Source of the DNA: Synechococcus sp. A15-24
GTDB taxonomy: Bacteria; Cyanobacteriota; Cyanobacteriia; PCC-6307; Cyanobiaceae
Assembly (NCBI RefSeq): GCF_014280195.1
Contig: NZ_CP047960.1
Coordinates: 2,130,001-2,162,000, forward strand
Reading direction: 5' to 3'
DNA: 32,000 nucleotides
The notes under the pieces were generated by a model. It saw only the letters and a program-made list of their open reading frames with translations. It did no database searches and was not told the DNA's origin. Made by a program: the position numbers and the translations under genes. The number at the start of each line of letters is the position of its first letter. The stretch's first letter is position 1. Shown piece after piece: positions 1 through 7,529 of this stretch.

Positions 1-1891
1 GGCTGTGGGCCTCAGCGATCCAGCCGTTGATCAACGTTTCGATCTGCGCCAATTGCTCAGCGGTGACCGCCGTCGGGCAATGGAAGTCGAAGCGCAGCCG
101 GTCGAAGTCCACAAGGGAGCCCGCCTGGCCGATCCCCGGATCCACCACCTGCTTGAGCGCAGCCTGCAATAGGTGGGTGGCGGTGTGATTGGCCTGGGCC
201 CGACGCCGGCAGCTCCGATCCACCTGGGCCTTGACGGTGTCCCCCACAGACAGATGACCGCGTTCCATCCGTCCGGAGTGCACGAACACATCGCGACTGC
301 GACTCACGGAGTCGATGGCAACGATCGCGTCGACACCACTGAGCGATCCGCGATCGCCGACCTGACCACCGCCTTCGCCATAGAAGGGTGTGCTGTCGAG
401 CACCACTTGCACGACATCTCCGGCCGACGCCGTTGAGGCCGGCGCCCCATTCACTACCAACGCCTGCACCGTGCTGGGCTGATCCAGGGCGTCGTAACCC
501 TTGAACGCCGTAGCGGGCTGCTCAGCAGCCACCTGCTCGATCGCATCCTGCAGGGTGAGGTCAATGCTCACAGCCGCGGCCTTGGCCCGCTGACGCTGTT
601 CCTCCATCGCCTCCTCAAAGCCCTCAAGGTCCACCGTGAGGCCCTGCTCTTCTGCGATTTCCTGGGTGAGCTCCAGGGGGAAGCCGTAGGTGTCGTAGAG
701 CTCGAAGACCTGAGCGCCGGAGATCTGCTTTGGCTTGCTGGCCAGCACTTCCGCCAGCAGCTTCTCGCCCCGCTCGAGCGTCTCGAGGAAACGCGCCTCC
801 TCCCGTTGAAGTTCGGCCAGGATCACCTTCTGGCGTTCGATCACGCTCGGGTGAGCCCCCTTCAGCAGGGCAATCGCCGCTTCCCCCATAGTCACCAGGA
901 AGGGCTTGTCGATGCCCAGGAGGCGGCCATGGCGCACCACCCGGCGCAGCAGCCGCCGCAGGATGTAGCCGCGGCCCAGGTTGCTGGCGGTGACGCCATC
1001 GCAGATCAATTGGGTGACCGCACGGCTGTGGTCACCGATCACTTTCAACGACGTTTTGCCCTTGTCGTCGAGCTGCGCGTAGTCGACACCCGCCAGATCC
1101 GCCGCCGCCTGAATCAGCGGAAAGATCAAATCGGTTTCGTAGTTGTTGGGAACCTTCTGCAGGATCTGTGCCATCCGCTCGAGGCCCATGCCGGTGTCGA
1201 TGTTGCGGTTGGCCAGCGGCGTGAGGTTGCCCTCGGCGTCGCGGTCGTACTGCATGAACACCAGGTTGTAGTACTCGATGAAACGGTTGTCGTCCTCGAG
1301 ATCGATGCCGTCATCGCCGAGCTCCGGCTTGAAGTCGTAGTAGATCTCCGAGCAAGGGCCACAGGGGCCAGTGGGGCCAGAGGCCCAGAAGTTGTCGGCT
1401 TCATCCATGCGGATGATCCGCTTGGGGTTCACCCCCACCACATCCCGCCAGATCTGTTCGGCTTCGTCGTCCTCCTGGAAGACGCTCACCACCAGATTCT
1501 TGGGATCAATGCCGTACACCTGGGTGCTGAGTTCCCAGGCCCATTCGATCGCCTGCTGTTTGAAGTAGTCCCCAAAAGAGAAGTTGCCGAGCATCTCAAA
1601 AAACGTGTGATGCCGCGCTGTGCGGCCCACGTTCTCGATGTCGTTGGTGCGGATGCACTTCTGCGAACTGGTGGCCCTGGGAGCCGGCCGCTGCTGCTGC
1701 CCGAGAAACACCGGCTTGAAGGGCAGCATGCCGGCGATGGTGAGCAACACCGTCGGGTCCTCTGGAATCAACGACTCACTGGGCACGCGTTTGTGGCCGC
1801 GCTCGGCATAGAAGTTCAGGAAAGCCTCACGGATCTCCTCTCCGCTGCGGGGCTCAGACGCTGCAGAAGACGACGATGCGGCGGCGGCCAT
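1..1891 (-). CDS. alaS: alanine--tRNA ligase (AlaRS), N-terminal ~630 codons; the 3-prime end lies beyond the window start
   Basis: Missing from the ORF track because it runs off the window edge. My reverse-strand translation from the ATG (complement of 1889-1891) stays open to position 1. It reads [64 protein letters not shown]...[37 protein letters not shown]...[10 protein letters not shown]...[16 protein letters not shown]...[15 protein letters not shown]. These are the class II AlaRS catalytic core and the start of the editing domain (HxxxH). Confidence 0.95.
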   Translation of the reverse strand, partial: MAAAASSSSAASEPRSGEEIREAFLNFYAERGHKRVPSESLIPEDPTVLLTIAGMLPFKPVFLGQQQRPAPRATSSQKCIRTNDIENVGRTARHHTFFEMLGNFSFGDYFKQQAIEWAWELSTQVYGIDPKNLVVSVFQEDDEAEQIWRDVVGVNPKRIIRMDEADNFWASGPTGPCGPCSEIYYDFKPELGDDGIDLEDDNRFIEYYNLVFMQYDRDAEGNLTPLANRNIDTGMGLERMAQILQKVPNNYETDLIFPLIQAAADLAGVDYAQLDDKGKTSLKVIGDHSRAVTQLICDGVTASNLGRGYILRRLLRRVVRHGRLLGIDKPFLVTMGEAAIALLKGAHPSVIERQKVILAELQREEARFLETLERGEKLLAEVLASKPKQISGAQVFELYDTYGFPLELTQEIAEEQGLTVDLEGFEEAMEEQRQRAKAAAVSIDLTLQDAIEQVAAEQPATAFKGYDALDQPSTVQALVVNGAPASTASAGDVVQVVLDSTPFYGEGGGQVGDRGSLSGVDAIVAIDSVSRSRDVFVHSGRMERGHLSVGDTVKAQVDRSCRRRAQANHTATHLLQAALKQVVDPGIGQAGSLVDFDRLRFDFHCPTAVTAEQLAQIETLINGWIAEAHS

Positions 1892-1916
1892 GGGAGGAAA
1901 TGGGGATCCAGCGGTC

Positions 1917-2333
1917 ATGATCGCCCGAGAGCCGCCGGCACCCTTGCCTGCCCAGCCAGATGACGCCGACGTACGCGCCCGACTGCGGCTGCAGTCGATT
2001 GGATGGGCCCTGCTCGCCGGTCTCGGCGCTGCCCTGCTTGGTCTGATCTGGGGCCTGGAGGACGCCGTCCGTTCCGGGGGTTGTGGTCTGTTCTATGGAC
2101 TGCTGGCCTTCCACCTGCAACGCGTCGATCCCGATGACAGTCACCTGCAGGCAGGCCTGGTGGGGGCGATCTGCGGTGTGCGGAGCCTTGGCCTACCCCT
2201 GGCCCTTAACAACTTGCAGGCAGACGCTCTGGCATCATTGGTACTGGAGCTTCTCCAGGCTTGGCTGCCGTTGATCGGCAGTGCTGTCCTGCTCCACGGC
2301 ACCCACCGCTTCCTGCCCGCGTCGCGGCTATGA
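1917..2333 (+). CDS. hypothetical small membrane protein, about 4 hydrophobic segments, translationally coupled to the SNF2 gene
   Basis: ORF track 1890..2333 (+). Hydrophobic stretches are [50 protein letters not shown] and [10 protein letters not shown]. Third codon positions are G/C-rich like the neighbouring genes. The stop TGA 2331-2333 overlaps the SNF2 ATG 2330-2332 (ATGA). ATG 1890 would overlap the alaS start codon, so I used the in-frame ATG 1917; the start is uncertain. No family recognised. Confidence 0.45.
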   Translation: MIAREPPAPLPAQPDDADVRARLRLQSIGWALLAGLGAALLGLIWGLEDAVRSGGCGLFYGLLAFHLQRVDPDDSHLQAGLVGAICGVRSLGLPLALNNLQADALASLVLELLQAWLPLIGSAVLLHGTHRFLPASRL

Positions 2334-5300
2334 GCCTGCTGCACGCCACCTGGCTTCCCGCCATCCGTACCTCTGGCAGTTCCGGCCAACCGGCACTGCT
2401 CATTTGGGCTGACACCTGGCGGGTGGCGACGCCAGAGGGCCCCGGGCTAACTCCGGCGCTGCACCCGTTCACCCTGGAGCCCGACGACCTCAAGGCCTGG
2501 CTGCAGGAACGCGACCTGTTGCCGGGCGGCAGCATCGATGCCACCGCCTGCCTCACCCTGCCCAGTCGCACGGTGAAACCCCGCAAAAGCCGCAGCAAAA
2601 CGGCCGAACCAGCGCCCGAAGAGCCCGCCTGGACCGGTCTGCCCATGCAGGCCGGGGAGCCGATTCCCAAACAAACCGAGTGGTGGCCGTGGCAAGTCCA
2701 GGGTCTTGCTGTGGAGCCCTCAGCCGCCACGGAGTGGCTCTCACGCCTTCCCCTGTCAGGACGGAATCCAGACCTGGCCGATGAGTTGCGCTGGTGGAGC
2801 CATCTGCAGCGCTGGGCCCTCAGCCTTGTGGCCCGGGGGCGCTGGATTCCCCAGATGGAACTGAGCAAAGGCGAGGGATATCCCCACCGGGCTCGTTGGG
2901 TGCCGCTGCTTAACCGCGAAGAGGACCGGCGACGCCTGGAGGATCTGGCCGCCAGCCTGCCGCTGGTGGCCACCTGCGCCCTGCCCTGGCGGGAACCGAT
3001 GGGTCGGCGCAGCAACCGCATGACACGGCTGCGTCCTGAGGCCATGCGTGCCGCCAACCCGGTGGCCTGCTGCCGGCCCCGCAGTGGCCGCCTGCGGGTG
3101 GCCACGCTGCTGGAGGATCTGGTCGACGCACAGCTGCGCAAGGACTTTGAACCGTCCACCGACGGCCTCGATCCCCTGTTAACCCTGTGGCAGGACGCCC
3201 TGGGCTCCGAAACAGGGGTGATCGAGATCGGTGATGAACAGGCCGAACGGCTGGCCAGCGCCAGCTTTCATTGGCGTGAGGGCATCGCTGGAGATTTCGC
3301 CGCTGCACGCACCTGCCTCGAACTGCAGACCCCGGCGGAAGGGGAAGAGCTCTGGGAGCTTCGCTTTGGGCTACAGGCGGAGTCGGATCCCAGTCTCAAG
3401 CTGCCCGCCGCTGCGGCCTGGGCCTCCGGGGCCGACAAACTCCAGCTGGGAGAAGTGACGGTGGAGCAGCCCGGTGAAGTGCTGCTGGAAGGTCTGGGAC
3501 GCGCCCTCACCGTGTTCCCTCCGATCGAACGCGGCCTGGAGACCGCCACGCCGGACACGATGCAGCTGACCCCCGCCGAAGCCTTCGTGCTGGTGCGGAC
3601 CGCGGCGCGACAGCTGCGGGATGCTGGCGTCGGCGTCGACCTGCCCCCCAGCCTGTCGGGGGGCCTGGCCAGCCGGCTGGGTCTGGCGATCAAGGCGGAG
3701 CTGCCGGAACGCTCCAGCGGCTTCAGCCTTGGCGAATCCCTCGACTGGAACTGGGATCTGATGATCGGCGGGGTGACGCTCACTCTGCGGGAACTTGAGC
3801 GGTTAAGCGGCAAACGCAGCCCCCTCGTGCGCCACAAGGGGGCCTGGATCGAATTGCGACCGAACGATCTGAGAAACGCTGAACGCTTCTGCGGTGCCAA
3901 CCAGGAGCTCAGCCTGGACGATGCACTGCGGATCACCGCCACCGAAGGCGATCTGCTGATGCGTCTGCCGGTGCATCGCTTCGACGCTGGCCCCAGGCTG
4001 CAGGCGGTGCTGGAGCAGTACCACCAGCAGAAGGCCCCGGATCCATTGCCGGCGCCGGAGGGGTTCTGCGGCCAGCTGCGGCCTTACCAGGAACGTGGTC
4101 TGGGCTGGCTGGCCTTCCTCAACCGCTTCGACCAAGGAGCCTGCCTGGCGGACGACATGGGTCTGGGCAAGACCATCCAGCTGCTGGCCTTCTTGCAGCA
4201 TCTGAAGGCAGAGCAGGAACTGAAGTGCCCGGTGCTGCTGGTGGCACCCACATCGGTGCTCACCAACTGGCGGCGGGAGGCGGAGGCCTTCACCCCCGAA
4301 CTGGCGGTGCGCGAGCACTACGGACCGCGGCGTCCCTCCACTCCGGCTGCGCTGAGGAAGGCGTTAAAGGATGTCGACCTGGTGCTCACCAGCTACGGCC
4401 TGCTGCAACGGGACAGTGAACTGCTGGAGTCCCAGGATTGGCAGGGGGTTGTGATCGATGAAGCCCAGGCGATCAAAAACCCCAGTGCCAAGCAAAGCCA
4501 GGCCGCCCGGGATTTGGCCAGACCAGCCAAAGGCAACCGCTTCCGCATCGCCCTCACCGGCACACCAGTGGAGAACAGAGTCAGCGAGCTCTGGGCCTTG
4601 ATGGATTTCCTCAACCCCAAGGTGCTGGGGGAAGAGGACTTCTTCCGTCAGCGCTACCGGATGCCAATCGAGCGCTATGGCGACATGGCGTCCCTGCGGG
4701 ACTTGAAGGCACGGGTCGGCCCCTTCATCCTGCGCCGGCTGAAAACCGACAAGACGATCATTTCCGATCTGCCCGAGAAGGTGGAACTCAGCGAATGGGT
4801 GGGGTTGAGCAAGGAGCAGAAATCGCTGTACAGCAAAACCGTGGAAGACACCCTGGATGCCATTGCCCGGGCTCCCCGTGGACAGCGCCATGGTCAGGTG
4901 CTGGGACTGCTCACCCGCCTGAAGCAGATCTGCAACCACCCGGCACTGGCATTGAGCGAAAACGCTGTTGACGAAAGTTTTCTGGGGCGCTCCGCCAAGT
5001 TGCAACGCCTTGAGGAAATCCTCGATGAGGTGATCGAAGCAGGGGATCGGGCGCTGCTGTTCACTCAGTTCGCCGAGTGGGGCCATCTTCTGCAGTCCTG
5101 GATGCAACAGCGTTGGAAGGCGGATGTGCCCTTCCTGCATGGAGGAACACGCAAAAGCGAACGGCAGGCCATGGTGGATCGTTTCCAGGAGGACCCCCGC
5201 GGCCCGCAGATGTTCCTGCTGTCGCTCAAAGCCGGCGGGGTGGGTCTGAACCTGACCAGAGCCAGCCATGTGTTCCATGTTGATCGCTGGTGGAACCCTG

Positions 5301-5521
5301 CGGTGGAGAACCAGGCCACCGACCGGGCTTATCGGATCGGCCAGACCAACCGGGTGATGGTGCACAAATTCATCACCAGCGGATCGGTCGAAGAAAAAAT
5401 CGACCGGATGATCCGCGAGAAGTCGCGCCTGGCGGAGGATGTGATCGGCTCCGGTGAAGACTGGCTGGGGAGTTTGGCCGGTGATCAGCTGCGCAATCTC
5501 GTCGCCCTGGAGGACACCTGA
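2330..5521 (+). CDS. SNF2/SWI2-family ATPase (HelZ-like) with a long N-terminal region and a SNF2-helicase-associated domain
   Basis: ORF track 2261..5521; ATG 2330 ([10 protein letters not shown]) overlaps the upstream stop. SNF2 core motifs: LRPYQERGLGWL, DDMGLGKTIQ (Walker A), VIDEAQAIKN (DEAQ box), LTGTPVENR. Helicase-C motifs: LLFTQF, SLKAGGVGLNLT, DRWWNPAVENQATDRAYRIGQ. The segment DWNWDLMIGGVTLTLRELERLSGKRSPLVRHKGAWIEL just before the core resembles the SNF2-associated (DUF3670-type) domain. Confidence 0.93.
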   Translation: MSLLHATWLPAIRTSGSSGQPALLIWADTWRVATPEGPGLTPALHPFTLEPDDLKAWLQERDLLPGGSIDATACLTLPSRTVKPRKSRSKTAEPAPEEPAWTGLPMQAGEPIPKQTEWWPWQVQGLAVEPSAATEWLSRLPLSGRNPDLADELRWWSHLQRWALSLVARGRWIPQMELSKGEGYPHRARWVPLLNREEDRRRLEDLAASLPLVATCALPWREPMGRRSNRMTRLRPEAMRAANPVACCRPRSGRLRVATLLEDLVDAQLRKDFEPSTDGLDPLLTLWQDALGSETGVIEIGDEQAERLASASFHWREGIAGDFAAARTCLELQTPAEGEELWELRFGLQAESDPSLKLPAAAAWASGADKLQLGEVTVEQPGEVLLEGLGRALTVFPPIERGLETATPDTMQLTPAEAFVLVRTAARQLRDAGVGVDLPPSLSGGLASRLGLAIKAELPERSSGFSLGESLDWNWDLMIGGVTLTLRELERLSGKRSPLVRHKGAWIELRPNDLRNAERFCGANQELSLDDALRITATEGDLLMRLPVHRFDAGPRLQAVLEQYHQQKAPDPLPAPEGFCGQLRPYQERGLGWLAFLNRFDQGACLADDMGLGKTIQLLAFLQHLKAEQELKCPVLLVAPTSVLTNWRREAEAFTPELAVREHYGPRRPSTPAALRKALKDVDLVLTSYGLLQRDSELLESQDWQGVVIDEAQAIKNPSAKQSQAARDLARPAKGNRFRIALTGTPVENRVSELWALMDFLNPKVLGEEDFFRQRYRMPIERYGDMASLRDLKARVGPFILRRLKTDKTIISDLPEKVELSEWVGLSKEQKSLYSKTVEDTLDAIARAPRGQRHGQVLGLLTRLKQICNHPALALSENAVDESFLGRSAKLQRLEEILDEVIEAGDRALLFTQFAEWGHLLQSWMQQRWKADVPFLHGGTRKSERQAMVDRFQEDPRGPQMFLLSLKAGGVGLNLTRASHVFHVDRWWNPAVENQATDRAYRIGQTNRVMVHKFITSGSVEEKIDRMIREKSRLAEDVIGSGEDWLGSLAGDQLRNLVALEDT

Positions 5522-5523
5522 CC

Positions 5524-6405
5524 ATGACGATCTCAAACAACAACGCCATCACAGCCATCGGCGATGAGGGGCTCGGCCAACAGCCCTGGTGGGTGGAGCA
5601 GTGGATGGAGCTGATCAACGGCTATCGCTTCAAGAAGCGACTGGAACGCGCTTGGGGTTATGCCCGGGAAGGCAACGTCACCTCGATCCGTTTTGAAGGC
5701 CGCCGGGTGCACGCCAGGGTGCAGGGCACCGGAGAAGACCCATACAAGGTGAAGCTCTGGCTGGATGTGCTCAACGACGAGGACTGGGGCTACGTGCTGG
5801 AGGCCCTGACCCAGAAGGCCCGCTGGTCAGCCCAACTGCTGGCGGGAATCATGCCGTCGGACATCGAACGGGCCTTCGCCGCCAGTGGTAAGCGCCTGTT
5901 CCCGTTCAAGCTGCAGGAGGTGCGCAGCGAGTGCAGCTGCCCGGACAAGGCCAACCCCTGCAAACACATCAGCGCCGTGTACTTCCTGATGGGGGATCGC
6001 TTCAGCGAGGATCCCTTCGTGCTGTTCCAGCTGCGGGGGCGCAACCGCACCAAGCTGCTGGAGGATCTGGCGGAACAGCGCCGCGAGGTGCTCACCAAGC
6101 TTGCAGAGCAGGCCAGCGCAGATGGCGCTGACACCGCAACGGAAGACACCGCACCTCTGCCGCCGCACCCGGCCGTGCTGGATCCAGCCCTGTGGTGGTG
6201 CTACGAACGCAGCCTGGATGGCGATCTGGTGGTGATCACAGCAGCGTTGGAGGGAGACACGGGCATGGATGCAGCCGGGGAGCTTCCGCTTGCTGAAGAT
6301 CCACGCTTTCCCGAAGCGCGGGACACCTTCCTCGCCAACCTTCGAGCCCACGGTCAGGCCAGTGCCCAGAGCGCCATGGTCCAGGCGATGACAGCCGGCA
6401 GCTGA
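5524..6405 (+). CDS. SWIM zinc-finger protein, the partner type usually found next to bacterial SNF2 ATPases
   Basis: ATG 5524 lies 2 nt after the SNF2 stop. CSCPDKANPCKH fits the SWIM CxCxnCxH signature, and the N-terminal WWVEQWMELING...RAWGYAREGNV is typical of these proteins. Confidence 0.9.
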   Translation: MTISNNNAITAIGDEGLGQQPWWVEQWMELINGYRFKKRLERAWGYAREGNVTSIRFEGRRVHARVQGTGEDPYKVKLWLDVLNDEDWGYVLEALTQKARWSAQLLAGIMPSDIERAFAASGKRLFPFKLQEVRSECSCPDKANPCKHISAVYFLMGDRFSEDPFVLFQLRGRNRTKLLEDLAEQRREVLTKLAEQASADGADTATEDTAPLPPHPAVLDPALWWCYERSLDGDLVVITAALEGDTGMDAAGELPLAEDPRFPEARDTFLANLRAHGQASAQSAMVQAMTAGS

Positions 6406-6412
6406 GCCGCTG

Positions 6413-6889
6413 ATGGGGGATGCACCTTGGTTGAGCGCCGAGAAGCGCGGCCTGACAGCCCTGCTGCTGAGCTCCTATCAGCGGGCCTTCCAGCAGCCGC
6501 TGATCGGAGCGGCGCGATCCAGTCAGTCGATACGTCTGTGCTGTCAGGAGCTGTTCAGCTGCGGCTTTCCGGTGTTGGCCCATGGCATCGGCGCCGACCC
6601 TGTTTTGATCTATGCCAACGCCGCAGCACTCCAACTCTGGGGTCGACGCTGGGCCGACATGGTCGGCATGCCCTCACGACTCACCGCCCCAGATGAGGTC
6701 CGATCGGAACGTCGACAAGCGCTGAAACAAGCACAAACCCAGGACGCCATGCGCGGCTATGGGGGTGTACGTATTGATCAGCAAGGCCGGCATTTCATGA
6801 TCCGCAACGCCCGGATCTGGACCTTGTTGGATGAAGAGAACCGCCCGATCGGCCAGGCCGCCTGCTTCCACGATTGGTGGTGGATCTGA
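6413..6889 (+). CDS. stand-alone MEKHLA (PAS-like) domain protein
   Basis: ATG 6413 lies 7 nt after the SWIM stop. FPVLAHGIGADPVLIYANAAALQLWGRRWADMVGMPSRLTAP...ERRQAL...GYGGVRIDQQGRHFMIRNARIWTLLDEENRPIGQAACFHDWWW matches the cyanobacterial MEKHLA pattern as I recall it. Confidence 0.82.
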   Translation: MGDAPWLSAEKRGLTALLLSSYQRAFQQPLIGAARSSQSIRLCCQELFSCGFPVLAHGIGADPVLIYANAAALQLWGRRWADMVGMPSRLTAPDEVRSERRQALKQAQTQDAMRGYGGVRIDQQGRHFMIRNARIWTLLDEENRPIGQAACFHDWWWI

Positions 6890-7032
6890 ATCGGTTCGGT
6901 TTGGACACTATTCCTGTCGTAGCAACCGAATCATGGGGTGCAGACCGAATCAAAATGGCCGGTTCACACCCTTCTGGTTCTCATCCAGACCGCGCAGATT
7001 GTCGATGCGGGCGATCAACCCAGTCCGCAGAT

Positions 7033-7051
7033 GTTCACTCTTCGGAGCAAC
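7033..7051 (+). promoter_or_regulatory. small hairpin partly occluding the hsp20 Shine-Dalgarno sequence (candidate RNA thermometer)
   Basis: GTT(CA)CTC-TTCG-GAG(C)AAC. GGAG at 7044-7047 lies 8 nt upstream of ATG 7056, and its GAG is paired with CTC. The stem is short (3+3 bp with an internal loop), so this is only a candidate. Confidence 0.3.
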
Positions 7052-7055
7052 AACC

Positions 7056-7442
7056 ATGCTGACCCTGCGCCAATCCCCCTTTGACCTGTTCGAGCGTCTC
7101 GAACAGCAAATCGCCACCGCTGAGCGGGTGCCCAATGCCGAAATCGTCGAAACCGAAAACGGTTATGTCGTACGGCTGGAGTTACCCGGCGTTCAGCGGG
7201 ACTCCATTGACATCAAAGCCACCGATCGCAACCTGGTGATCAGCGCCGAGCGCACCGCCAGCAGCGATGAGGCAACCGTTCTATTGAGCGAGTTCCGGAG
7301 CGGCACCTGGAGCCGCAGCTTCCGCTTCCCCCACAGCCTCAACCGCGAGGAGATCACCGCCAATTTCCGCGACGGCATCCTTGAGATCACGGCAGGAAAA
7401 GCGGTGAACCACACCAGCGTCTCCGTTCAACTAGAGGACTGA
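7056..7442 (+). CDS. small heat-shock protein, Hsp20/alpha-crystallin family
   Basis: ORF track 6831..7442. The first 75 codons look non-coding (Arg/Ser/Cys-rich), and ATG 7056 has a GGAG upstream. NGYVVRLELPGVQRDSIDIKATDRNLVISAER...SEFRSGTWSRSFRFPHSLNREEITANFRDGILEITAGK is an alpha-crystallin domain. Confidence 0.92.
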   Translation: MLTLRQSPFDLFERLEQQIATAERVPNAEIVETENGYVVRLELPGVQRDSIDIKATDRNLVISAERTASSDEATVLLSEFRSGTWSRSFRFPHSLNREEITANFRDGILEITAGKAVNHTSVSVQLED

Positions 7443-7487
7443 AGGCATCAAAAACGCGACAGACGGACCACGACGAACTGACATCGA

Positions 7488-7510
7488 CCCCCGCCACGGC
7501 GGGGGTTTTT
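7488..7510 (+). terminator. rho-independent terminator after hsp20
   Basis: CCCCCGC-CACG-GCGGGGG forms a GC-rich 7-bp stem and is followed by TTTTT (7506-7510). The convergent transporter gene ends 20 nt away at 7530. Confidence 0.7.
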
Positions 7511-7529
7511 CGTTGCCCTGGGGTTGGCT

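Noticed and set aside
806-1963. 385-aa plus-strand ORF in the track
   Set aside because: It lies fully antisense to the clearly recognisable alaS coding sequence. The protein is Arg/His/Val/Gln-rich with no motifs, which is the typical shadow ORF of a high-GC gene.
2261-2329. Upstream extension of the SNF2 ORF, and likewise 6831-7055 for hsp20, 10531-10659 for flv1, 26381-26458 and 27766-27831
   Set aside because: The extensions overlap the upstream genes or look non-coding (Arg/Cys/Pro-rich). The internal ATGs coincide with family-typical N-termini and with coupling signals (ATGA, TGATG, GGAG).
2206-5536. Long minus-strand ORFs (2206..3159, 3268..3942, 3803..4318, 4364..5536) opposite the SNF2 gene
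   Set aside because: These are antisense shadow ORFs with low-complexity Arg/Ser/Ala/Gly-rich products. The plus strand carries a complete set of SNF2 motifs.
2330-6405. SNF2 + SWIM as part of a known phage-defence system (DISARM, Zorya, Druantia-like)
   Set aside because: None of the required partners is adjacent: no methyltransferase, PLD/nuclease, DUF1998, ZorAB-like motor or large helicase. The flanks are core genes and no mobile-element marks are present. It is kept as an uncharacterised chromosomal module instead.
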